A DNA stretch of 64,000 nt. Origin: Planctomycetota bacterium. Its GTDB lineage: Bacteria > Planctomycetota > UBA8108 > SXIK01. Below, one piece after another: positions 39,269 through 48,374 of this stretch; within the stretch, counting starts at the first letter, position 1; the number at the start of each line of letters is the position of its first letter. Location of the stretch: the NCBI GenBank assembly GCA_965223845.1, contig CBDCXR010000004.1:608001-672000 (forward strand). The letters are read 5' to 3'. The notes beneath the pieces are model-generated. The model made no database searches. It was not told the DNA's origin and saw nothing but the letters and a program-made list of their open reading frames with translations. The position numbers and the translations under genes were made by a program.

Positions 39269-40414
39269 GTGCGAGTCAAGAAAAAAAACTCGGTGCTCGG
39301 GCGGTGTTCTCGCGAACGTATCTCCCTCGCCGGTAGGACCTTGTGCTCGCTCGCGGCACTCGCATTGCTGTCCGTCGGAGGAGTCGTCCTGATCGGGGCG
39401 AGCGGGCCCCGCGTCGCTGCCCAGAGCTCGACCGAACCCCCGGTCGCGAACTCGGCGGACGGCGAGCCGGCTCCGGCCGGGAAGGACGAAGGTCGCGCCG
39501 CGGAAGCCGGAGAGGCGCCGGCCGGCGAGGCGGGCGACGCGATGTTCCTCGAGCTCCGCGAGCGGTTTCTGGATCGAGACTCCATCCGGCGGGACGTGGA
39601 CGAGTTCGCCGCCGCCCTCTTCGAGAGGGCTCGCGGCGAGTCTCCCGCGCGGCTCGGTCGCGCTCGTCGCTTGGCCGCGGAGGCCTATGAGATCGCCGGT
39701 CGCTTCAAGGACGCGCGGCGCGTCTACGGCGAGCTCGCGCGGTTGGGTCCGCTCGACGAGCACCGCGCTTTCGGGCTCTTCGCGCTCGGCCAGGATCGAT
39801 TCGAGCGAGAGTTCTACTTCGAGCGACGCGGGAAAACGGGCGCGACGCTCCCCGGCGCGAGCACCTACTGGGATCTCCTCGTGCGGAACCATCCCGATTC
39901 GCGCTGGACGCAGCAAATCGCGCGGCCCCGGCGGTACTTGAGTCTAGCGGCGGGCGGCCAACCCATCCCTCGATTCGAGGCGGAGTTCGCGATCCCCGGT
40001 GGTGCGGCTGAGACCATTTCTTCGGAGAGCCTGGCGGGGAAGGTCGCGTTCCTACACTTCTGGCGCGCGGGGAACGGTGTCGAGCGCGATCGCGGAGCCG
40101 AGATCGACGCCGCGGTGAGAGGCACCCTCGAGAGCTTTCCCGACCTCGCAGGGCGGCTCGTGTACGTGGGGATCAACGTCGACGCAGACGAGGCACTCTT
40201 TCGCGAGGCGCGCTCGCGCTGGAAGACCGCTCGGCCGGAGCACCACGCCGGTAGTTTCTCCGCGCCGCTCGTCGAGGCCTTCGCCCTTCCGCGCGTGCCG
40301 CACTGGGTCGTCATCGGGCACGACGGCATCGTCCGTTTCATCGGGGCCGATTACCCGCGCTTTCAGGAGGCGGGCGGATTGGCGATGCGTCGAGCGCGCG
40401 GACTCGACGAGTAG
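39269..40414 (+). CDS. Exported protein with C-terminal TlpA/redoxin-like fold lacking CxxC
   Basis: Hydrophobic signal segment; SLAGKVAFLHFW, YVGINVD, LPRVPHWVVIGHDGIVRF; start uncertain. Confidence 0.7.
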   Translation: MRVKKKNSVLGRCSRERISLAGRTLCSLAALALLSVGGVVLIGASGPRVAAQSSTEPPVANSADGEPAPAGKDEGRAAEAGEAPAGEAGDAMFLELRERFLDRDSIRRDVDEFAAALFERARGESPARLGRARRLAAEAYEIAGRFKDARRVYGELARLGPLDEHRAFGLFALGQDRFEREFYFERRGKTGATLPGASTYWDLLVRNHPDSRWTQQIARPRRYLSLAAGGQPIPRFEAEFAIPGGAAETISSESLAGKVAFLHFWRAGNGVERDRGAEIDAAVRGTLESFPDLAGRLVYVGINVDADEALFREARSRWKTARPEHHAGSFSAPLVEAFALPRVPHWVVIGHDGIVRFIGADYPRFQEAGGLAMRRARGLDE

Positions 40415-40891
40415 ATCCGCGGTCGGGGAGCCTGCCGCCCTTCGGGAACTCGCTCGACCGCGCACGCTCGCCTCGACCGCTGCGGCTCCGCCACATCTCG
40501 TTGCGTGCGTCGGCGGGCCGAGGTGAATCGAGAGCTGAGTGATGCGCGCGGCTTACGCAGCCGCACTCGTCTCCGAGAGGAGCTTCATCGCCCGTAGCGT
40601 TCAGTGCGCGGGTGCATTTGAGCGTGACGTCGCGCGTGATGGTCGTTCGTTCGGATTCCATCGCCGCCGCGTCCGAGTGTCGCCATGTCCATCGTGTGGG
40701 GTGGTTAGATCCGACCAGGCATTTTGTGCAGGTTTTTTTGCCCGAGGTTTTTTTGTGGATCGCGTTTCTACGGAGATGTAGTTGTCGATAGTCGTCACCT
40801 CTATTAGGCGTTGGAGCTAGTTTTGAATCTACTCTCTAAAGCGTAGTGCAAACGTTTAGGGAGTGTTCAAGCCATTCGGAAGGGGGTTCCC

Positions 40892-42952
40892 ATGCGGCTG
40901 TTGCTACTCTCAACGATGCTCGCGGTGTCCGGTTGGTTTTGTTCTTCGACGGTCGCGCAGAATCCTCCCGCCTGCACCGGCGGAGAGACCTACAGTTTCG
41001 AAGTGCAGACGAGCGTCGACGGCGGCGCAACGTGGCAGTCGGGCGACATCACGCTGTGCAATCACCCCGGCTACACGGTGGAGTTGGCGGTGCGGACGAG
41101 GATGACGATCACCTCCGGACAGACGGAGGCTTGGTCCTTCGGCCTTCGGCACGACGACACGTTCCTGCAGTGGTATTCCGGCAGCGCGACCATCGACGGT
41201 GTCACGACGAACGGTACGGATACGGCGACCGTTCAGAACGGTGCGCCACCGGACACCGATGAGACCGACATCATCACGTCGAGCACCGGGTTCACCCAAG
41301 GAGTCGTCGTGGATCTCGGCGGAGGCAACACGCTGGCTCCGACGGCCAATTTCGTTACCGCGAGCGCGTGCTACACGATCCTCGTCCCGCCGTGGGAGGG
41401 TCAGTATCCCCTTACGTTCAGCTTCGTGAACGACCTGGGAAGTCCGGCCACGCCGTGCATCGTGACTCAGGACGGCCAGAGCAACGCCGCCTGCGCGAAG
41501 AACGTCACGGTCAACATCAACGCCGACTACGACGTCGTGCCGTGCACGGTCTACCCTCCGGCGTGCACGTTGAGCAGCAATGAGAAGGGAGGCGGCGCCG
41601 GCCTTCCTCCGCCTCAGAATACGGCGGGAACCGATTTTCGTCGTGCCGACAGCAATCAAGACGGAACCGTCGACATCACCGATCCCATCGTGACCCTGGG
41701 ATTCCTTTTTCTCGGCAATCCCGCGCCGGGCTGTTTGGACGCAGCGGACTCGAACGACGACGAGGAGGTCGACCTCAGCGATCCCGTCCACACCCTGAGC
41801 CACCTCTTTCTCGGCGGTGACGCTCCTCCGGATCCCGGCACGTCCACTTGCGGCCCCGACCCGACCGACGAGACGACGATAGCCCTCGATTGTCAGGTCT
41901 ACAACGCCTGCGTCCAGACGGACACCGACAACGACGGCTTGACGGACTTCTTCGAGGGAGTGATCGGGACCAATCCGGCGAACGACGATACGGACGGGGA
42001 TAACTTCTCCGATGGAGAGGAGGTTCTTCCGACGGGAGTGCCCGGATGCAACGGTGGGGCGCTCAACATCAACACGCTCGGCGCCGATCCGACCGTGCCC
42101 GACATCTTCGTCGAGATCGACTTTATGGTCCAACCGGGGCCCGGAGGCCACAGCCATCAGCCGATGAATGCCGCTCTGACACTGGTCGTGAATGCGTTCG
42201 CGGCCCAAGGAATCGCGCTCCACCCGGACACGGGCGCCGCGCCGTTCAATCTCGGGGGAGGAAACTCTCTCGGGCACCAGGCCGTTATGGGGTTCGGACA
42301 AGGGAACCCCGACTTCGCGGCCACGAAGACGCAGAACTTCGACAACAACAACCGCTGCAACGTGTTCCACTACAATACGTGGGTCCACGACCACCGACCG
42401 AACAGCTCGTCCTCGGGTCGAGCGGAAATCGGCGGCGACGATCTCATCGTCAGTCTCGGCAGCTGGCCGAATCAAAACGGCACGCTGCTGCAGCAAGCGG
42501 GCACCTTCATGCACGAGCTCGGGCACAATCTGAATCTTCGTCATGGAGGAAACGAGAATCGCAATCGAAAACCGAACTACTCGAGCGTCATGAGCTACAA
42601 CTACCAGACCGTCGGTGTCGACACGAACTGCGATACCGTCGCCGACGGCGTCATCGATTATTCGGGTGTGGCGCTCGCCAATCTCGACGAGAACGCTCTC
42701 GACGAGTCGGTCGGAGTCTGCAACGGCGTGCCGATCGATTGGAATGGCGACGGCGACACGAACGACGTGAATCTGTCGCGGAACATCAATTGCCGAGACT
42801 TTGTGAATCAGACGAGCTGCGCCGATCAGACCTTGAATGTCCTCACCGGCTTCGATGACTGGGCGAACATTGTGTTGTTCATGAACAGCGATCAGGGCGG
42901 CGGCGCTGGGCAGGAAGAGGACGAAGAGTGTATGACGCTCAACGATTTGTGA
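40892..42952 (+). CDS. Secreted metzincin-type zinc metalloprotease with cohesin-like and dockerin-like domains
   Basis: Signal peptide; FRRADSNQDG..D.TD..ADSNDD dockerin-like pair; DTDNDG/DTDGD Ca-binding repeats; HELGHNLNLRH and Met-turn SVMSY. Confidence 0.85.
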   Translation: MRLLLLSTMLAVSGWFCSSTVAQNPPACTGGETYSFEVQTSVDGGATWQSGDITLCNHPGYTVELAVRTRMTITSGQTEAWSFGLRHDDTFLQWYSGSATIDGVTTNGTDTATVQNGAPPDTDETDIITSSTGFTQGVVVDLGGGNTLAPTANFVTASACYTILVPPWEGQYPLTFSFVNDLGSPATPCIVTQDGQSNAACAKNVTVNINADYDVVPCTVYPPACTLSSNEKGGGAGLPPPQNTAGTDFRRADSNQDGTVDITDPIVTLGFLFLGNPAPGCLDAADSNDDEEVDLSDPVHTLSHLFLGGDAPPDPGTSTCGPDPTDETTIALDCQVYNACVQTDTDNDGLTDFFEGVIGTNPANDDTDGDNFSDGEEVLPTGVPGCNGGALNINTLGADPTVPDIFVEIDFMVQPGPGGHSHQPMNAALTLVVNAFAAQGIALHPDTGAAPFNLGGGNSLGHQAVMGFGQGNPDFAATKTQNFDNNNRCNVFHYNTWVHDHRPNSSSSGRAEIGGDDLIVSLGSWPNQNGTLLQQAGTFMHELGHNLNLRHGGNENRNRKPNYSSVMSYNYQTVGVDTNCDTVADGVIDYSGVALANLDENALDESVGVCNGVPIDWNGDGDTNDVNLSRNINCRDFVNQTSCADQTLNVLTGFDDWANIVLFMNSDQGGGAGQEEDEECMTLNDL

Positions 42953-42956
42953 TGTC

Positions 42957-44459
42957 ATGGAGCCGAAGAGACCGGCGGACTTGGTCGTTTGGGTTCTTCT
43001 GCTCGCGGTAGCGATCGCCGGGGGAACGGCTCGAGTCGGCGCTCAAGACTCGGTGCCGTTCCTCGCGGACGAGTGGACGTTCGGCGGCGAAAACGCCGAC
43101 CGTGCGAACGCGCAGATCGTGGCGTCCGACGGGACGCTCGTAGCGGCGGGATTGACCTACACATCCGATGCTGACCACGCGGCGGACGTCTACCTGATTC
43201 GCACCCGTCCGGACGGAAGCTTGATCTGGGAGCTCGCGTTTGGCGGACCGTCCTTCGACGAGGGCGCGTCCGTCGTCGAGGCCCCGGACGGTACGTTCGT
43301 CGTCGCAGGCGTCACCGACCCGGGCGGGCCCTGTCCGCCGTCTTGCGAGCCCGAACCTTCGGATCTTTACCTCGCCTCCGTTCACCCGGACGGGCGAGTG
43401 CTCTGGGAGCGGACCTTCGGTGGCTCCGCATCGGATGCCGCCTCGGATCTCGTCTGCGCGCGAGACGGTGGATTCGTCGCGGCCGGCTCCACCCGTTCAT
43501 CGGGATCCGGGCAGAGCGACGTCTACGTGGTGCGTACCGATGCCCTCGGAATGTCGCTCTGGGAGCGCGCCGTGGGCGGCGAAGGAAACGACGTCGCGCA
43601 CGCCGTCTGCGAAGCGCCCGGCGGAGGATTCGTCGTCGTCGGCGAGACGTCTTCGCTCAGCGATTCCCGGGACGTCTACCTCGTTCACGTCGACGCTCAC
43701 GGGGACACGGTGTGGGAGCGAGCGATCGGCGGGCCCGACGCGGAACAGGGCGTCGACCTCCAGCCCGCCGAGGACGGCGGATGGGTCCTCGCGGCGCGAC
43801 TCTTCCGCGGCCCTGAGGACGGCGGCATTTATCTCGTCGCGGTAGATCGAGATGGCCGCCCGCGGTGGGAGGAGCTCGTCCGGGATCCCGCCGGGCCGGT
43901 TCGCAACTTTCCCGCGGCGCTCGTCGAGGCTCCTGGCGGTGGCTGGATCATCGCCGGTCACACGGACACGTCGACGACCGCCGCGGATGCGTTCCTCCTA
44001 GGCGTGGACCCCCGCGGCCGGCGAGTCTGGGAGAAGGCATTCGGAAACGTCGATCAGTTCGACGTTTTGCGGGCGATCGCGCTCAGCTCGGACGGTGAGC
44101 TCCGTGTGGCCGGAAGCACGGGTGCCGTGAAGTCTCGGTCGCTCTCCGATGACTCCGACGTCTATCTCGCTCGACTCTCGCGGCGGGAGATCGCCGACGG
44201 GGTGTTCGTTCGCGGCGACGCGAACGACGACGGCGAGCTCAACCTGCCGGACGCGGTCTTCACGCTCGCCCATCTCTTTCTCGGAGGCCCGCCTCCCGAT
44301 TGCTGGGACTCGGCCGACTCGAACGACGACGGGGCGATCACGCTCAGCGATCCGATCTACCTGTTGAATCGTCTCTTCGCCGATGGGCGTCCGCTGCCGC
44401 CGCCGTATCCGGCTCCCGGGGAGGACCCGACGGCGGACGGCCTCGACTGCGCGAGGTAG
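42957..44459 (+). CDS. Secreted beta-propeller-like repeat protein with C-terminal dockerin-like domain
   Basis: Signal peptide; six or more DVYL..DG..WE..GG repeats; FVRGDANDDG..ADSNDDG. Confidence 0.85.
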   Translation: MEPKRPADLVVWVLLLAVAIAGGTARVGAQDSVPFLADEWTFGGENADRANAQIVASDGTLVAAGLTYTSDADHAADVYLIRTRPDGSLIWELAFGGPSFDEGASVVEAPDGTFVVAGVTDPGGPCPPSCEPEPSDLYLASVHPDGRVLWERTFGGSASDAASDLVCARDGGFVAAGSTRSSGSGQSDVYVVRTDALGMSLWERAVGGEGNDVAHAVCEAPGGGFVVVGETSSLSDSRDVYLVHVDAHGDTVWERAIGGPDAEQGVDLQPAEDGGWVLAARLFRGPEDGGIYLVAVDRDGRPRWEELVRDPAGPVRNFPAALVEAPGGGWIIAGHTDTSTTAADAFLLGVDPRGRRVWEKAFGNVDQFDVLRAIALSSDGELRVAGSTGAVKSRSLSDDSDVYLARLSRREIADGVFVRGDANDDGELNLPDAVFTLAHLFLGGPPPDCWDSADSNDDGAITLSDPIYLLNRLFADGRPLPPPYPAPGEDPTADGLDCAR

Positions 44460-44472
44460 ATCACGGCCGGAT

Positions 44473-45966
44473 TCACTCGGCGGGGCTCGAGCTCGCCTCC
44501 GGCGATTCGGGCGACACCGTCGGCGATCCCGAATCCGCGCTGCCGTTCCCCGGCTTCAGATTCCCACCTCCGCGGGAGAGTGGATTGAACATCTCGACTC
44601 CGGAAACCTCGTAGACCGGAGCGTCGACGTCCTCGTAGCCCTCGGGGACCTCGACGACCGTGCCGCCGCCCGCGAGGAACTGCCGGATCAGGTGGGTGAG
44701 GGCGACGGTGTCGTAGTAGCCGAACCCGTAGAAGCGGACTCGACCCTCCTCGTTGACGAAGTAGATCCCGGGAATGCCCTCGAGATACACGTCCTTGAAG
44801 TGAGTCGGTTCGAGGAGGCCGACGCGAAACCCAGAGTGACCGCTCTTTGCGAGAGCGTCCTTCACGTACTGCGCGCGACCGTCCTCGATGTGGTTCTCCC
44901 AGGCGAGAACGAGAAACTCGAGATTCTTCTCCTCTGCGAACTCCTTCCGCGCGGCGGCGAGACCATCGAGCACTTTCGCGCCCGTCACGGACCAGCTGCC
45001 CCAGAACAGCACGACGAGCTTCTTCCCGGCGAAGTTCGCGATCCGAAGAGGACGGTTGTCGAGGTCGAGCACGCGCAGGCTGAACTCCCAGGAGCCGGAC
45101 CCGATCAGGTAGGAGCGGAGGCGGCGGAGCTCCTGCGCGAGCGAGACGCGATCGGGTCGGTCGGAGAGAATCGGAAGCGGGCCTCCGCGCCCGGCATCTT
45201 GGACTCCGCGCGCATGGAGTGTCCGCTTGATCTCGGCGAGGGCGGCCCTGAATCGCGCGTCCGACGCGTACGGCTCGAGGGCCTTGCTGGCCGCGAACAG
45301 CGCGGCGTTGTCGACTCCCGCGTCGGCGGCGGCTTCGAGCGTGCCGAGAACGCCCTCGCGGTCTTCGAGCGCCGCGAACGCCTCCGCGAGCAGGCGACGT
45401 CCCTGCGGAAACGCGCGGTCGGCGTCGATGTGAGCCGCGAGACGATCGGCGCACTCGCGGTGTTTCCCGGCGGCGTGGAGCGTGCGCCCGAGCTCGTAAA
45501 CGAGTGCGTCGCTCTGCGGGGACGAGTCGAGCGCGAGCTCGATCGCGACGAGCGCCTCGTCGAAGCGTTCGTCCTCGCGACAGATCTTGGCCTTCAGAGC
45601 GATTGCGGCGAGGTGCGCGGGGGCGTCGGAGAGGAGAGCGTCGAGATGCCCTTCGGCCTCGGAGGAGTTTCCGGCCGAGAGCGCTGCGCGAGCACGCGCG
45701 AGAAGCGACTGCTGCTCGCGGATCGCAGCCATCCGCTCGGCGATCGACGGGCCCTTCGACGCGGAAGTCGCGGGCGAGTCGGCGGCCTCTTTCGGCCGGG
45801 GCGCGGTCGCCGGGAGATCCGTGTCGCTCGCGCCGGATCCCGGCGGCGACGCGGTGGAGGCGACGGGTGGAGGCGAGGTCGTAGCGTCCGCGTCGGTCGG
45901 CGGCGCCGACGGTTCACACGCGAGGAGCGCGAGCGCGCTGGTGACGAGAAGATAGGATCGATTCAT
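44473..45966 (-). CDS. Lipoprotein with TPR-like region and Cys-less TlpA/thioredoxin-like domain
   Basis: Lipobox LLAC, Pro/Ser/Thr linker, helical repeats, GKKLVVLFWGSWSVTG, GIPGIYFVNEEG. Confidence 0.8.
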   Translation of the reverse strand: MNRSYLLVTSALALLACEPSAPPTDADATTSPPPVASTASPPGSGASDTDLPATAPRPKEAADSPATSASKGPSIAERMAAIREQQSLLARARAALSAGNSSEAEGHLDALLSDAPAHLAAIALKAKICREDERFDEALVAIELALDSSPQSDALVYELGRTLHAAGKHRECADRLAAHIDADRAFPQGRRLLAEAFAALEDREGVLGTLEAAADAGVDNAALFAASKALEPYASDARFRAALAEIKRTLHARGVQDAGRGGPLPILSDRPDRVSLAQELRRLRSYLIGSGSWEFSLRVLDLDNRPLRIANFAGKKLVVLFWGSWSVTGAKVLDGLAAARKEFAEEKNLEFLVLAWENHIEDGRAQYVKDALAKSGHSGFRVGLLEPTHFKDVYLEGIPGIYFVNEEGRVRFYGFGYYDTVALTHLIRQFLAGGGTVVEVPEGYEDVDAPVYEVSGVEMFNPLSRGGGNLKPGNGSADSGSPTVSPESPEASSSPAE

Positions 45967-46168
45967 GACGCTGTACGGACTCAGGACGTTTGTACGACGC
46001 GAAGAACAGCTCCCGGCGATCGATAGGAGCCGGCTACGGGGATTCGGATTCGAGAGCAAGTCGCGTGCCTGAATCGGGACCGCCCTGGCCGCTCCCCGAG
46101 GGGACCGCTCGGGTCGGCACGGCGACGACGCATTCTAAACGAGAGTGCGCGTGAACGCCGGCGGCGGC

Positions 46169-46218
46169 AAAAGAAAACCCGCCGAGCGGGCCGCGCAAAC
46201 GGGCCACTCGGCGGGTTC
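46169..46218 (-). terminator. Intrinsic terminator of the 46253-47686 gene
   Basis: AACCCGCCGAG/CTCGGCGGGTT stem followed by TTTTCTTTT on the minus strand. Confidence 0.75.
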
Positions 46219-46252
46219 TCGCCGCACCGATCAGCGATCGGAGGGGGCGATC

Positions 46253-47686
46253 TCAGCAGCCGCTGAAGCTCTCGCAGGTCAGACCGCCGTCGACCGCCGG
46301 AACCGTACCGCAATCGGGGAACGGAGCGGACGGAGCCGCACCACCCTCGAAGAGGTACATGAGGAGGTGCATGATGTCCGGCATGTCGACCATGCCGTCG
46401 TCGTTGGCGTCCGCGGATTCCTGGCACGGCGAAGCCGTCCCCTGACGGAAGACTTCCTCGACGATCCAAATCGGGTCGGAGATGTTGATCCGGCCGTCGT
46501 CGTTCGCGTCGCCGCGGACGAAGGGGCCGAGGTTGTTCCCGCCGCCGCCTTCGATCGTGACCTGAGCCGACGCGGTCGAGATGTTGCAAACCTCGACGCT
46601 CCGACCTTCGACCGTGATCACGTTCTCGACCGGCTGACCTTCGCCGATCAGGCCGTCGATGTAGGCGAGGGTCGAAGACTGACCCGCCGTACCTTCGAGC
46701 GTCATTGCGATCATCGACTCGGTGCCCACCGGCGCGAGCGTGTTCGGACAACCGAAGCAGAGGACGACGGCGCTGACGGCGCCGTGCTTCCCGTTGTTGT
46801 CTTCGGCGGTCGCGAGGCGAGTCTTGTTGAAGCCGCTGTCGAAGCGAGTCTCACCCGAGGTGCCGTCGGTCGTGACCGCGGTGATCATGACGTCGCCCTG
46901 GCTCTCGATACTGAGCGACCAGCCCTGGACGCCGGGATTGTCGGCGTCGTTCGTCGCGGCGCTCGCGTAGATCTTGTCGCCCGAAGCGATCGTGACCGCA
47001 CCGGCCGCGGAGCAGTCGGCGGAGTCGTCGATGAGGCCTTCGCCGGGGTTCTCGTTGACGAGCGCCGCCGTCGAGAAGCCGACGCGGTGCGTCGCGTCGC
47101 AGCAGCCGGGGCCACCGCCGCCCGCCACGTTGAGTGCGACGGAGAGCTCTTCGGTGTTGAACGGCGCGCTCAGCCCGTTTTCGGTGATGACGAGCTCGAC
47201 CGGCTGGCCGTCGCCGACGAGTCCTTCTTCGTACTTGAGCGTTCCGGTGCCGTTCGCATCCGGGATCGTCCACTCGACGCCGAGCGCGAGGGCGGACGCC
47301 GTCATGTTGCGCGGAAGAACGTTCGGGCAGCCGAAGCAAAGGACGACCGCGCTCACCGCGCCTTCCTTGCCGTTGTTGTCTTCGGCGAGCGCGAGGCGAG
47401 TCTTGTTGAAGCCACTGTTGAAGACCGCTTCGGTATCCGTGCCGTCCGTGGTGATCGAGGTGATCTTCCCGCCTTCGGCGGTCATGCCGAGCGACCAGCC
47501 CTGGCAGCCCGCTCCGTCACCCGCGTGAGTGACGTCCGCGGTGTAGTTTCCGGAGACCGTCGCTCCGGCGTCACCCTCGAACGCGTCGGGTCCACTGAAG
47601 CCGATCGTGTAGTCCTGCGCCGACGCGGCGGAGGCCGTCAAGAGAGCTGCACAGATGGCCAAGGCTTGGCGCTGCACTCGCTTCAT
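46253..47686 (-). CDS. Secreted protein with two cohesin-like beta-sandwich repeats and C-terminal dockerin-like domain
   Basis: Signal peptide ..ASAQ, RBS GAGGAG; duplicated QGWSL..SGFNKTRLA.AEDNNGK.GAVSAVVLCFGCPN; FVRGDANDDG..ADANDDG. Confidence 0.85.
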   Translation of the reverse strand: MKRVQRQALAICAALLTASAASAQDYTIGFSGPDAFEGDAGATVSGNYTADVTHAGDGAGCQGWSLGMTAEGGKITSITTDGTDTEAVFNSGFNKTRLALAEDNNGKEGAVSAVVLCFGCPNVLPRNMTASALALGVEWTIPDANGTGTLKYEEGLVGDGQPVELVITENGLSAPFNTEELSVALNVAGGGGPGCCDATHRVGFSTAALVNENPGEGLIDDSADCSAAGAVTIASGDKIYASAATNDADNPGVQGWSLSIESQGDVMITAVTTDGTSGETRFDSGFNKTRLATAEDNNGKHGAVSAVVLCFGCPNTLAPVGTESMIAMTLEGTAGQSSTLAYIDGLIGEGQPVENVITVEGRSVEVCNISTASAQVTIEGGGGNNLGPFVRGDANDDGRINISDPIWIVEEVFRQGTASPCQESADANDDGMVDMPDIMHLLMYLFEGGAAPSAPFPDCGTVPAVDGGLTCESFSGC

Positions 47687-48030
47687 TTCTACCTCTCCTC
47701 AAAAGAAGTGATTCGCACTGGTTTGGTGGCGATCGAGGTTCACACGCGTGATTTCGCTGTCGGCGAATGGTTCGCTCAGCGAGTTGGACGTGTTTTTCTC
47801 GATACGAGCACGTTCACTAGCGCGGACCGGGGTTTTCCTCGGTGCGCGGGTTCGCGCAATCCTCGATCTTTCTTGTACTGAATTCGCTTCGACGGCCGCT
47901 CGAACTCGAGCGTGCTCCCCTCGCCACGAACGCCGAACGGAACGGACTTACGTCACCCGTTCTGCGGCCGCTGCTAGGAGGAACCGTGCTCACGAACGTC
48001 CTGTCTCAATTCGAGACCCTTGGGTTAGCA

Positions 48031-48060
48031 ACTGTACTGCTCGACGTCCGATGTTGTCAA
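48031..48060 (-). promoter_or_regulatory. Sigma70-type promoter for the 46253-47686 gene
   Basis: Minus strand TTGACA, 18 nt, TACAGT. Confidence 0.55.
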
Positions 48061-48270
48061 TCTTTCCGCTCAGTTCCTAACGAACAAAACAAGGGGCGAA
48101 CACGAGCGCCGTTTCGAATCCGTTGAACGTCACCCGTTCGTCCGAATTCGCGCGTCGCTCCCGCTCTTAGCCGGCGGCGTTCCGTTGAGCCGTTCGGTCC
48201 ACAGCGGGAGCGCTCGACCCCCTGGTCGAGTCTCGCGACGGAGCAGCCGAACGAATGGGTCAGCCGACAT

Positions 48271-48310
48271 AAAAAGCGGGCCCGAATCTCGCTCGAGATT
48301 CGGGCCCGCT
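48271..48310 (-). terminator. Intrinsic terminator of the 48375-52385 gene
   Basis: Perfect 16-bp stem AGCGGGCCCGAATCTC/GAGATTCGGGCCCGCT, 4-nt loop, T-run on the minus strand. Confidence 0.85.
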
Positions 48311-48374
48311 CGACGGTACCCGTTTGACGAGGCGCCGACCGAAATCAGCGCCGCGTCACGGTGTCAGTGACGAA

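Noticed and set aside
40910-42958. 682-aa minus-strand ORF
   Set aside because: Antisense shadow of the metalloprotease gene.
44980-45010. Second selenocysteine site in the TlpA-like lipoprotein
   Set aside because: Codons read TGG TCC GTG ACG GGC (WSVTG); no in-frame TGA.
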